DNA from: a virus
Lineage: Duplodnaviria; Caudoviricetes
IMG/VR virus record: IMGVR_UViG_3300032233_001537
Location: 1 to 36,891 of that record
Strand: one strand, 5' to 3'
Length of the DNA: 36,891 nt
The notes below the pieces were generated by a model. That model made no database searches and was not told the DNA's origin. It saw nothing but the letters and a program-made list of their open reading frames with translations. Position 1 is the first letter of the stretch. Every line of letters begins with the position of its first letter. Below, one piece after another: positions 1 through 10,100 of this stretch. The position numbers and the translations under genes are program-made.

Positions 1-572
1 AGTTGTTGTTGAATACGAGAAAGGAAAGTGCTGTAATGCTTTTGTAAATCATCAAGTGTTGCGAACTTTTGATTCAGTGGAGTAATTGGATCCTGTTGTT
101 GCTTAACATTTGATGGCTCAGCAAGAAGTCCTAAAGATTTCTCAATTAGTTCCTCTTTGGGTTCTTCAAGTTTTTCTTTATGATCTTCAAGAACCTCAAG
201 AACTTCATCCAAAGATTGTTCAATTACATCCTCAATAATTTGTTCCTGTTCTTTGGGTGTCTCTGAATACAACCATTTTTCAAATGCTTTGACTGTTTTT
301 TGTTCTTTTACCTTTTTCTTTTTGGTTTCTTTCTTTAAGACAGCAACTTCTTCAAAAAGAGAATCTAAAGTAATTTCACCAACAATAGATTTTGTTTCTT
401 CTATCTCCTTTTCTTTTTTTACCTTCTTCTCTTCTTTCTCTTTCTTTTTAAGCACTGCAAATTCACTAAAAAGAGAATCTAATCTCAAGTCACCGACCAC
501 AGAATCAAACTCTTCCTTTTTCTTCTTTTTATCTTCTGCTACTAATTTAAAAAGTTCTGACAGTTCATTCAT
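1..572 (-). CDS. Hypothetical Lys/Glu-rich coiled-coil protein, 3' end outside the window (gp16-gp17 variable interval)
   Basis: Not in the ORF track because it is truncated. ATG at 572, 3 bp after the stop of the 634-aa ORF; manual translation MNELSELFKLVAEDKKKKKEEFDSVVGDLRLDSLFSEF...FLSRIQQQL stays open to the window edge and has an internal VG(D/E)xxLDSLFxE repeat. Confidence 0.8.
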   Translation of the reverse strand, partial: MNELSELFKLVAEDKKKKKEEFDSVVGDLRLDSLFSEFAVLKKKEKEEKKVKKEKEIEETKSIVGEITLDSLFEEVAVLKKETKKKKVKEQKTVKAFEKWLYSETPKEQEQIIEDVIEQSLDEVLEVLEDHKEKLEEPKEELIEKSLGLLAEPSNVKQQQDPITPLNQKFATLDDLQKHYSTFLSRIQQQ

Positions 573-575
573 AAT

Positions 576-2480
576 TTACCATTTCACTTTATTTGCCCAA
601 TATGCTGCCGACATTTTACCCTTAGCAATATTCTTTGCGTGTCTAGTTTGGAATCTATGACGACGACTTGCATACTCATCCGATTCACCTTTTTTCTTTG
701 GAGAACCTTTCACACCTCTTTGACCAAAACGAAGGAGTTTCTCCTTTCCATTTTCACACGCCTTAACTACGTGAGATTTTCCTGTGAGTGAATCACCTAC
801 AGGATCAGACTTTGGGGAGTTACACTTCATCTCCGATTTGTTTGCCTCAATCATAAATTGAGATAGAGTTTTTCCTTCATCAACACCTTGAAGTTTTCCT
901 GCTTGTTTTAAAGCAACAATTCTTTGTCTAGGAGTCATTTGATCCTTTCTTTTCATAATTTTTTGAACAGCAACATCAAATGATTTTTTATCAGAAGCAA
1001 TATCAGTATCTGCTACTTGCTCTTCAATATAAGTTCCTTCAAATTCGTAATGTGCCAATTGAACCTTTGGTCTTTTTGGTGCAGGAACATAAGGATTTTT
1101 TGGATCTTCTTTTGGTGCTTTATAGGGTTCGTATGGTGATCCACCTTCACCCTTTGCTAAAGGTAATTTTGGTTCTTTTCCTTTTATGATTCTAATTGGT
1201 ATATTTTCTGGATTTTCTTTTGGGAGAGATGGATTCTTCCATGGAGATTTTCCTCCAGCAATAGTAGGACTAATTGTTTCTTTAACTAAACGCTCCGATT
1301 TAATAATGTCAACAATTCTTAGAAATGTGTTACCATTTGCATCTTCGATAGTAATATCCTCATTTACCTTACTTTCACCACTATCCACATAATCTGCTGC
1401 TGCATCAATATAGTCTGCTGCCTTTGTAATTTTTGATTGCACCCACGCTTCAATATTGCCCTCACCTTTCATTTTTTTGCGAAGTCTTTTGGCAGCAGAC
1501 ATAATAGTTGCAAGTTCTGATCTAGCCATCGAATACTCGTGATCATAAGACTCGGGAAAATTGCCAGGATGTGGTGTATTTGGAGTATATTTTTTACCTA
1601 GACTCATTGGTAAAGAAAACATATCCCAATACTTCTCACCATATTTACATTCACTGCGAGTTTCATCTTTCTGACATTTTGGGCAATATCTTACCATTCC
1701 AGTTTCTTCATTAACTTCCGATTTTGGTTTAATTCCTTTTTTCTTCATACTAATTGCAATTGCTGCCTGTTGAGCAGGATTTACTGCTTCACTTTTTGTT
1801 CCCCAATTTGCTGCACCAACTTTACGACATTTGACTAATGCTCCAGATGCATATGCTGACGGCCAAACATCATAACGGGATTTTACTTTGCTATAACAAG
1901 CATCCTTTTTACCACTATCTTTACCAGGTTTATCCTTTACTTCTTGGAGATCCATTTCTTCCGTCCTTACATTTGTTGGTTTTGATGCACCAGTTTTTTC
2001 TGGTTGATTTGGGTCTAAACGATTTTTCCTTTTAAATGCTCCTTCTTCTTCTTTTGTGGATAAATCTCTTTTCATTTTTGAACTACCACATTTTGGAGTA
2101 GAAGTTTGTCCAGGTTGGCGAGCACATGGTTCTCCCGAAAATTTTCCACCTAACTGAACCCATCCTTTTTTTCCGCTGGATGATTTCGATTTACCAAACC
2201 AGTCGTGAAGACCTTGATCACCAGACTTAGTTTCTTCTTTTACATCCTTAAACTTTTTATGTTCTTTTTTGGCAGATGCTTCCATCTTCTTCAAACGAGT
2301 ATAATAGTCTGGTATTTCATCTAAATGCTGTAGAGCAATATCCATAGCAAGTGTATGATCTTTAGTATGTTCATGCTCAATTGGTTCTCCCATATCCAGT
2401 TGCTTCTGAATGAAAGAAACGTCAAGACGATGCTTCTTAGCAATTTGCTCTACAGATTTGTGGGGTTTTAGATGATCCAA
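576..2480 (-). CDS. Multi-domain basic hypothetical protein (N-terminal DUF5661-like 'EHEHT...IALQHLDEIPDYYTRL' domain); probable internal virion protein
   Basis: 634-aa ORF with TTG start directly after gp16; concatenated small modules familiar from T4-like cyanophages (KKDACYSKVKSRYDVWPSAYASGALVKCRK; DHEYSMARSEL...EAWVQSKITKAADY; LRFGQ...RH...SAAYWANKVKW). Confidence 0.7.
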   Translation of the reverse strand: MDHLKPHKSVEQIAKKHRLDVSFIQKQLDMGEPIEHEHTKDHTLAMDIALQHLDEIPDYYTRLKKMEASAKKEHKKFKDVKEETKSGDQGLHDWFGKSKSSSGKKGWVQLGGKFSGEPCARQPGQTSTPKCGSSKMKRDLSTKEEEGAFKRKNRLDPNQPEKTGASKPTNVRTEEMDLQEVKDKPGKDSGKKDACYSKVKSRYDVWPSAYASGALVKCRKVGAANWGTKSEAVNPAQQAAIAISMKKKGIKPKSEVNEETGMVRYCPKCQKDETRSECKYGEKYWDMFSLPMSLGKKYTPNTPHPGNFPESYDHEYSMARSELATIMSAAKRLRKKMKGEGNIEAWVQSKITKAADYIDAAADYVDSGESKVNEDITIEDANGNTFLRIVDIIKSERLVKETISPTIAGGKSPWKNPSLPKENPENIPIRIIKGKEPKLPLAKGEGGSPYEPYKAPKEDPKNPYVPAPKRPKVQLAHYEFEGTYIEEQVADTDIASDKKSFDVAVQKIMKRKDQMTPRQRIVALKQAGKLQGVDEGKTLSQFMIEANKSEMKCNSPKSDPVGDSLTGKSHVVKACENGKEKLLRFGQRGVKGSPKKKGESDEYASRRHRFQTRHAKNIAKGKMSAAYWANKVKW

Positions 2481-2492
2481 TACTTTATAACC

Positions 2493-2915
2493 TTATTCTT
2501 TATTATTTAGAAAACCTTGCTTAAGTAATTTTGAAAGTTCTGAAGTTGAACCAACAAATAATGCATTATTTGTAACGTTTGTTGGAGATCTAGTAGTATC
2601 TTCTTCAACCTCTTTTAATTTTTTCTGTAAATCAATTAGTTTATCAGTTGTATCCGCAACATTTTTAATTAATTGACCTGCAACTTCATATGCTCTTGGA
2701 GAACCTCCTTCTCCAGCAAGTTCCATAATTCCATTAATTGCTTCTTGACCCTTTTCAATCAAAGAATAAAGGTTTGCACGAGTATATTCATAATCTTTTT
2801 TGATATCTTCCGATTTTATAGGAGTTATGTTTAATTCTTCTTTAATTTTTTCCACTTCTACAATTTTACTTTCAATGTTTAAAGATTCATCCAAACCATT
2901 ATAATTATTTTTCAT
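2493..2915 (-). CDS. g16: Terminase small subunit gp16
   Basis: DYEYTRANLYSLIEKGQEA...PRAYEVAGQLIK...NNALFVGSTSEL motifs of T4-like gp16; follows gp15. Confidence 0.95.
   Translation of the reverse strand: MKNNYNGLDESLNIESKIVEVEKIKEELNITPIKSEDIKKDYEYTRANLYSLIEKGQEAINGIMELAGEGGSPRAYEVAGQLIKNVADTTDKLIDLQKKLKEVEEDTTRSPTNVTNNALFVGSTSELSKLLKQGFLNNKE
2504..2510 (-). promoter_or_regulatory. Possible late promoter variant (CTAAATA)
   Basis: TAAATA core about 25 bp upstream of the TTG start at 2480. Confidence 0.4.
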
Positions 2916-2921
2916 AGTTAA

Positions 2922-3719
2922 TTAAATATCAGTTTGTCTTGATGGACTAAAATCTTTTCCATCAAAAAACATTTCTACAGACTCATTAAATCCAAAATCG
3001 TCGCTTGGATTTGCATCAATTGGATCTGGAGTCACTGTATATCTCATTTCTCTCTTCGTTGATGGTGAATTGTCTCCACTATAATAATCAACTTGAACTT
3101 TACGAATTAGTCCATCACTACTATTTGCAATTGGACCAAACAAATACATTTTAGCAGTAAAATTAAAAGTATAAATTAAAATTCTTCTTGTTGAAAAATC
3201 TCCTTCATAATCATCCGTAAAATTTACACTATCTAAAACAATTGGAATATCTCTCTTTTCTCCAATAGAATCTATTAAATCTATTGTTAAATTAAATGAT
3301 GGTTGAAAATATGGAAGAATTTGCTCAACAACTTGTAAAGCATCATCTTGAATTTTACTCATCAAATTTAATTGAAATCCAATATTATAAGGTACTGGGA
3401 GAAATACCTTTTTTAAATTGTCTCCGTCGATAGCTTTGAAAGTTTGAGTAACACTTGCCTTTCTTGTGGCATCATATTGTATTGATGTCATTTCAAAAGA
3501 CATTCTTGGCAATGTTATTGCAATAGGTTTATTTAATTCTGGTTGTTGCTCAATTCTTGCTAAGAATTTTTGAACTGGTCCATATGCTAATGGAACTTTA
3601 ATTTCACTAATACTATTTCCAGAAGAATTTTTATGTCTGACATTAATATCATTAAATAATGTGCCAAAGGCAATTACAGTTCTCCTGATAATTTCGTGAT
3701 AATAGTAAGTGCCTAGCAT
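2922..3719 (-). CDS. g15: Tail sheath stabilizer / tail terminator gp15
   Basis: YYYHEIIRRTVIAFGTLFN, KVPLAYGPVQKFLARI, LPRMSFE, EQILPYFQP motifs. Confidence 0.95.
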   Translation of the reverse strand: MLGTYYYHEIIRRTVIAFGTLFNDINVRHKNSSGNSISEIKVPLAYGPVQKFLARIEQQPELNKPIAITLPRMSFEMTSIQYDATRKASVTQTFKAIDGDNLKKVFLPVPYNIGFQLNLMSKIQDDALQVVEQILPYFQPSFNLTIDLIDSIGEKRDIPIVLDSVNFTDDYEGDFSTRRILIYTFNFTAKMYLFGPIANSSDGLIRKVQVDYYSGDNSPSTKREMRYTVTPDPIDANPSDDFGFNESVEMFFDGKDFSPSRQTDI

Positions 3720-5107
3720 TAGTAAGTTCCAAATGGATTTGATTCTGAAAAATCTATGATATTATCCGCTTCTTCTTCAATTTGTTTATTTTCACTATAT
3801 TTATCAGTATTAAATGTATCAAAAGATTTTACTGCATAACTTGCTGATGAAGCAGTTCCTACAATCAGTTCACCAGGATAAAAACCTTTAGTTGCAGCAT
3901 TATCGACAAAAGATACTTTAAGAATTTTTGTATCTTGATCCCAATATTTTACTCTTCCACTTGTACTTGATATAGATCCAACTACAACTTCATTAAACTT
4001 ATAAGTTCCTATTCCACTAATAAGTGATGGTGGAGCAATTGTAATTGTTGGTGGTGTGGTATATCCAATTCCAGAATCTACAATTCTTATTGAACTTATC
4101 CCATTTGTTGCATTAAGAATTGCTTTGCCAATTGCAGTTTCTCCACTACCAACTGGTGAAGATATTGTTATAGTTGGTAGTTTAGTATATCCAACTCCAG
4201 TAAATGCAATACTAACACTAGTAACTCCTTTTTGAACTTTTTCTATTGAACAAGTTGCTGCTGCCCCTGTTCCACCGCCACCGATTATTGTAATTGTTGG
4301 TTCTGTAGTGTATCCAGATCCAGCATTAATTAATAAAATTTCTTTTACAGATTTAACTCCACCTTTGGATGTAGTAATTGCTACCGCAGATGCGTTTATT
4401 CCTCCAGATGGTGCGGTAGAAATTGAAACAATTGGTGCTGATGTGTATCCATACCCATCATTATTTAAAAATATTTTTCTAATATACCCACTAGAAATTC
4501 CTGCTATAGATGTTGCAGTAATTCCAAAACCAACAAGATTTAATGTTGCAATATAACCTTCTTCTTGAATTTGAGTATCAATCTCATCAACAGTTGTTTC
4601 AATAACTTCATCTTCATATTCAAATAATTCACATTTTAATTCATATACATATAACTTTCCTAATTGATAAAAGGGTTGCTCATGTTCAACAAATTTAACT
4701 TCAAATAATCTTTGTCCCAATGGAAAATATACCAAATCCCCTTCTTTAGGTCTTGTTCCCAATTCTAGTTCTGGAATGGATCCTGTATCTAAAAATGGTG
4801 ATATGAAGTCTTCATACCTTTCTCTGGAAATAACTAAACTTACTTCATCCTTTAAACTCATACCAAATTTTGATAAAATATCACCCTGGCCAGTGTAACC
4901 ATCATAAGTATTTACATATGCTTCTATTGCAAAATTATCATCAAATTTGGAAGAAGATACTTCTTTTAATATAGTTTCTTTTCTAACAAATTTTCTTGGT
5001 ATATAAATTACTTCTACACCATATATTTTCAACTGTTCATTGATCAAATCTTGAACAAGTCTTTGTTCTCCTGCAGAACCTTGTAGAAAAAAGGGATTAA
5101 GTGCCAT
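3719..5107 (-). CDS. g14: Neck / head-completion protein gp14 with inserted GxGYTxxPxIxI repeats
   Basis: MALNPFF...EQRLVQDLINEQLKIYG, RPKEGDLVYFP, FYQLGKLYVYELKCELFEY, C-terminal DFSESNPFG. Confidence 0.93.
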   Translation of the reverse strand: MALNPFFLQGSAGEQRLVQDLINEQLKIYGVEVIYIPRKFVRKETILKEVSSSKFDDNFAIEAYVNTYDGYTGQGDILSKFGMSLKDEVSLVISRERYEDFISPFLDTGSIPELELGTRPKEGDLVYFPLGQRLFEVKFVEHEQPFYQLGKLYVYELKCELFEYEDEVIETTVDEIDTQIQEEGYIATLNLVGFGITATSIAGISSGYIRKIFLNNDGYGYTSAPIVSISTAPSGGINASAVAITTSKGGVKSVKEILLINAGSGYTTEPTITIIGGGGTGAAATCSIEKVQKGVTSVSIAFTGVGYTKLPTITISSPVGSGETAIGKAILNATNGISSIRIVDSGIGYTTPPTITIAPPSLISGIGTYKFNEVVVGSISSTSGRVKYWDQDTKILKVSFVDNAATKGFYPGELIVGTASSASYAVKSFDTFNTDKYSENKQIEEEADNIIDFSESNPFGTY

Positions 5108-5109
5108 TA

Positions 5110-5952
5110 TTATCCAATAAAATCGTAAGGTGGAAGTTCATAATCCATTGACATTCTTTCCATAATATTTTCAAGTTCTCTCTCAGCATCTTCGTATATT
5201 TCTCTACCATTTAACTCAATACCTCCAGGCAATTTAACTCCTCTAAATTTAATTAAATTTTGACCCCATTGTCTCTTCATTAGGGCAGTTAAATATTTTT
5301 TTACGAAACTATCATTATATACTTTAGTAAAACTGGAAGGATCTAATGCTCTGTAGCAATCGATTACTAAAAAGTTTCCTACTGTTTGTGATGCCCAATC
5401 AATATCCAAATACATTCTATTTTGTCTTTTATTAAATCTAATCTGCTTATCGGTTGATAGAAGGAAATCAATGTCTTCCAAATAACTTTTTACCATAGCA
5501 AACTGCAATAATTCAACTGAATTAAAATAATATAAATCATTCAAAAATAACTGATATTTGATACTAAACATTCCACCTGAAATTGAACTAGTATCAAATT
5601 TAAATACTTTTTCAATACCAATTACTGAATCTGGTACTTGAATAAAGTTTGAAGTTTCATAAAAATTAAATGATGTAGTACCAATACCACTAATATTTGC
5701 AGATCCAGTAGTGGTTACTATTCCTACACCATTTGTTCTGACACTTCTTCCCCTATTAATATCTTCTTCAGTAATTTTATACTTTAAATACATTCTTTCA
5801 ACACCATCAAAGTGTCTCTCATTAAAGTATTGTAAAGCATCATCAACCAAGTCATCTATTTGATCGTCATCTAAATTAATTTCTAAGACAGGAGCACCTA
5901 GTCTTCTCAAACAATAATCTACCAACTGTTGTCTGGTTGTTGGTTTAGACAT
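5110..5952 (-). CDS. g13: Neck protein gp13
   Basis: LVDYCLRRLGAPVLEIN, KRQWGQNLIKFRGVKLPGGIELNG motifs. Start moved to ATG 5952 (MSKPTTR), which overlaps the upstream stop as TGATG. Confidence 0.95.
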   Translation of the reverse strand: MSKPTTRQQLVDYCLRRLGAPVLEINLDDDQIDDLVDDALQYFNERHFDGVERMYLKYKITEEDINRGRSVRTNGVGIVTTTGSANISGIGTTSFNFYETSNFIQVPDSVIGIEKVFKFDTSSISGGMFSIKYQLFLNDLYYFNSVELLQFAMVKSYLEDIDFLLSTDKQIRFNKRQNRMYLDIDWASQTVGNFLVIDCYRALDPSSFTKVYNDSFVKKYLTALMKRQWGQNLIKFRGVKLPGGIELNGREIYEDAERELENIMERMSMDYELPPYDFIG

Positions 5953-6422
5953 CAGTAAACACCCCCATCTATTGTATTTGACCAAACTGGAATTCCAGCG
6001 TTATTTGTTGTAAGTAAATAATTTGTATAATCAATGGCAGAACTTGTTGCACCAGTTGAAACCATCAATCCTGTGGAATCAAAATATGCAACTCCACTCG
6101 TATATGATGGCGTATAGTAAAGAGAATTTGTTACTCGTAAATTTGTAGTGGTAGTAATACCAGTTACATTTACATTTCTTGCAGTTAGTTCATCAATAGT
6201 TAGATCATTTCTTATATAAAGATCACCACTAATGAAAACACTATTGTTAAAAGTGGATACACCAACAAAAGTTGATATACCACTTACATACAGTTGAGTT
6301 ACAGATGCTATACCACCTATAACATTTTTTGCCTCTATAGCTCTACCACCAGCAGATCCAGAAAGACTGGCAATTACTTTAGTGCTATTTTGTTGTCCAA
6401 CTCTAACCTTAATATTTGCCAT
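5952..6422 (-). CDS. Hypothetical virion structural protein (fiber-like, Gly/Ser/Thr-rich)
   Basis: 156-aa ORF coupled to gp13; VSGISTFVGVSTF and terminal IDGGVY motifs typical of cyanophage fiber-like proteins. Confidence 0.7.
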   Translation of the reverse strand: MANIKVRVGQQNSTKVIASLSGSAGGRAIEAKNVIGGIASVTQLYVSGISTFVGVSTFNNSVFISGDLYIRNDLTIDELTARNVNVTGITTTTNLRVTNSLYYTPSYTSGVAYFDSTGLMVSTGATSSAIDYTNYLLTTNNAGIPVWSNTIDGGVY

Positions 6423-6767
6423 TTATTGAGTAGCTCCTTCTCTTACGAGAACATTACCCTCTATAACTCTATTTTTTATGCCAAAATTATCGGTAATTAC
6501 TACATCATAAATGTATCTTCCAGATTTAATTTGCTTTGTTTGTGCAGCAGTTAAAACTAAAAGAATTTGACCCTCCGCTGGTGGTTGCACTATCTCCGTA
6601 GAAAATTCTGTATATGAAGAACTACCTGCCCATTTTCTCATTTGAGAAGAAACAGTATAATTGGTTAAATCAAAAGTAGAATTTGAGTCATTACCTTCTA
6701 AAGTAAAAGATTGACTAAAATCCGAACCAGCATTAATTATTAAATTATTGACATATACTGCTGCCAT
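6423..6767 (-). CDS. Conserved cyanophage virion structural protein (predicted beta-sandwich)
   Basis: 114-aa ORF; FDLTNY...SQMRK...LTAAQT...GRYIYDVVI...RVIEG pattern; late-promoter-like motif upstream. Confidence 0.7.
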   Translation of the reverse strand: MAAVYVNNLIINAGSDFSQSFTLEGNDSNSTFDLTNYTVSSQMRKWAGSSSYTEFSTEIVQPPAEGQILLVLTAAQTKQIKSGRYIYDVVITDNFGIKNRVIEGNVLVREGATQ

Positions 6768-6788
6768 ATATGTATTCGATTCTACTTC

Positions 6789-6968
6789 CTATTTATGATC
6801 TATAAAACTGAGAGAAGAAATTACCTCTTGTTGTTTTAAATATAACTTACAATAAAGTTTAGAAAATTTTTTTAGTTCTTCCAGATTTAACTCATCAATT
6901 GTTCTTGCATGTTTTTCATATTCAAAAAGTTTGTCTATAGATTCAAGAGTAATATCATTTGGTTCCAT
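6789..6968 (-). CDS. 59-aa helical protein, NblA-like (tentative)
   Basis: Below the ORF-track cutoff. Manual translation MEPNDITLESIDKLFEYEKHARTIDELNLEELKKFSKLYCKLYLKQQEVISSLSFIDHK; fills the gap between two ORFs, with GGAG upstream of the ATG. The ORF is well supported; the product is tentative. Confidence 0.65.
   Translation of the reverse strand: MEPNDITLESIDKLFEYEKHARTIDELNLEELKKFSKLYCKLYLKQQEVISSLSFIDHK
6790..6797 (-). promoter_or_regulatory. Late promoter variant (CATAAATA)
   Basis: One mismatch to the T4 gp55 consensus TATAAATA, 22 bp upstream of the ATG at 6767. Confidence 0.55.
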
Positions 6969-7155
6969 TTAAAAACTCCTTCAAAAGTGCTTTAATTTCA
7001 TTAACATCATTTTTAATTTGATCAATTTCATGTTTTTGCATTTTATTTCTATTCATGGAGTTAATATATTGATTATATGATTGCTCATCATAATTTACTA
7101 TAGCTCCTGATTTTTCATCTCTGTATAAATTTGGATGACCTTTTACTGGAATCAT
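6955..7155 (-). CDS. Conserved small cyanophage protein with C-terminal coiled coil
   Basis: 66 aa, PVKGHPNLYRDEKSGAIVN motif; ATGA overlap with the stop of the VrlC-like gene. Confidence 0.75.
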   Translation of the reverse strand: MIPVKGHPNLYRDEKSGAIVNYDEQSYNQYINSMNRNKMQKHEIDQIKNDVNEIKALLKEFLNGTK

Positions 7156-10100
7156 GCTAATGCTATACTCCTCAAATCTTTAAATCTTGGTGCATGTGCT
7201 TGATCTGTCCCTGCCAATACAATTTTAATGGTATATCCAGTAAAACTGCCAAGATTATTTGCACTAAATTCATAATCTAAAAATTCATCTTCTAAACTTG
7301 CAGGAACAATAACATCTGGAAGACCACTATTATTTGCTTGATTTATAATATCAAAGTAACCATCATTGTTATTGTCTAAAGTTAAGTTATTATATCCAGG
7401 AAATAACTCAAAAGATTGATCTACTTCACTAGAATCTGGTCTAATTAAACTATATAAAACCCTAAAGTCTGCACTAGAGTGTCTGTATGCACTTATCATA
7501 ACTTTTAATGATGTTGCTGGTTGTGCTAAGTTTACTGTATTAGAAACGTAAATTGCGGCATGTGGATCAAATATAATACTATTAACTCTATTATCTTCTG
7601 GGTAATTTGTGATTGGTGAATTTAATCGATTGCTAATTAAACTTGCTGAAGATTCTTTCCAGAAAATTGCAGGAGAAAGATTTAAATCAGTTGTAGATAA
7701 ATCAACCTTCATAGTGAATGACTTATTTCTCAATAGTGAAGAGAGATAAGTTTGCTCATTTATATTTGAACAAACAATTCTAGTAGAAGACAATTTATTT
7801 TCTACACCAAGTTCAACAGATTCAAATCCCTGATCAATAAATGATGCTTCTGTTCCACTAACACTTGTTCCACTAACTGTTCTTATTTGTGCTGTTGAAG
7901 AAGTTGCAGATGCTGGATTATTTATTGAAACTTGAGGAATGATAGTATTAAATTGGATATTTTCTGTTGCTTTTACTCTATTCCCTCCACATATAGAATT
8001 TGAATTGAAGGATAGTTGTGGAGCATTTGATAATGATCCATCTAATGACCTATTAGTCACATTAGAATCAAAGGCAGTTCGATCAATTTCAATATTGTAA
8101 CTATCAATATCAATATTATAATCACTTATATCATGAGTTTTATTAATTCTTCTTAAAGAAACTCCACCAAGTTCATATTTGAAAACTGGTGTAGTATTTG
8201 ATGTATAACTTGATGGAATTGTAGAATCAATTCCTCTTGTAATTCCACCCAAAGATCCATTTCCAACTGAAGTATATTTGATAATTTCAGAATCAATTTT
8301 AATAAATCCTGGATTGGTTGGACCTACACTCACACCCTCAAATACATTGAAGTTAGATGTTGAAGCAATACTAACAGTTGTTCCAGAAACTGCTAATGAT
8401 TGAGAAAGAGTTGTTGATGGAACATCGCTATTTGCATTATACAATGTAACCTTATTGATATTTGCATACATTCCATGATCATAATGATTTACACTAATAA
8501 AGTTTCCAGAATTAACTCCACCAACTGCAATAGATGATATAATGCTAGTATTTGCAAGACTAACTGCGTTTCCTGAAGTGTCATAGTAGACTAAAGATGA
8601 AATTCCAACTGAAGAGAATGATTCTCCTTGAACATTGGACAGATACAATGTATCAACACCAGTAATACTTGAAATAGTAATCTGTGCTCCTTTACCAGAG
8701 GCAGGAGAAACAGTTGATGTTACTATTCCAACAACGTCTCCAACTGCATATCCATTTCCTGGATATATTGCTGAAACTGCAATACCAGTTATTGAACTAC
8801 TTCCCACACTAACGGATGTGATATTCAATCTCAATCCACTACCATTTCCAGTAATGTTGTAAGTTTGAACACTTCCTACATTATAATTTAATCCTCCCGT
8901 AGTAATTCCAACTGAAGCAACTGAACTACCAGTTCCGACGATATATCCATAATTAGATGTTACACCAGCACCAGAAATTTTTCTACCAGATGTTAAAATT
9001 CCAACCAATGGAGGTGAAGTAACGGTAGTAAGTCCAACTTTAACTTGTCTTGGCAAAGTAAGCAATGGATCAGAAGATAATTCAGGAATATAGGAATTAC
9101 TTTCATTTAAAGTTGGGTTATGGAAATAAACACTTCCAGAATTTGCTGCAAAACGTGCTTTGTAAAGTTTAAACTTCAAATCTTGATATTGGTTAGCAGT
9201 CCAAATGGATCCATTTTGAGATTTAAATAGACTTCCCATTGCAAACTGTCTTGAATATCTAATTGCTTGAGAATCTGGTAAATTCTTAGTCTCAATAGTT
9301 TTTTCTCCCATTTCAGCAATCCATACTTCATATTGATCAGATTGTGGTGCTAATAGCACAATAGCATATTCTAATCCTGGAGAAAGATAAATTGGATACT
9401 TAAATTTAACCCTAGTTGCTACAGATGCATTTGCCGATACATTAATATCACTTGGTTGCAATGTGACAGGATCGCCAATAATTTTTCTTGTTGGAGTTCC
9501 AAGTTCAACACTTCTTATTTCAACAGTCAATGGAGCATTTCCTGCATCTTTACTTGCAAAATATAAATCCAATTCGGTTAAATATGCACCGTTTACATCT
9601 TCGCTAGGTGTATTTCCATAAGAAACTTCGTTAGATGCTGTTCCACCAACAGTAAATGATTGTGCAAGTGGATCTTCATAATAAATTGTAGTTGTAGTTG
9701 TAATAACATTTTGTCTTCTTTCCCAAGTTCCCTCAGACTTGTAGATTGTTTCTCCAGATGAAATTAATATGCTTCCTGGTAATGGAGTTTGGTTTGTAGA
9801 ACTTGATGTTATTTTATAAACTTTAGAACCAGTTGCAATTCTAATTGATGGTGCTGGATTTGTATTTGGATCTCTTAAGAAAAAGGACCCTGATAAAAAT
9901 CCATTTATATCACTAACTAATTTTAGATCTTTCACATAAGCAACAGATCTACTTGTCTGTCCAACTAATTTCATACCAACAGATAAGTATCCACTATATA
10001 ATCCTTGAACTGTTGAACATAAAGAATTAATGTCAATGTTCAAAGTTTTTGAGGATGCACTATAAGATGCAGGAATACTTTCCGTTGATAGATATGGATT

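Noticed and set aside
253-660. Plus-strand 135-aa Phe/Ser-rich ORF
   Set aside because: Antisense shadow of the Lys/Glu-rich minus-strand gene at 1-572.
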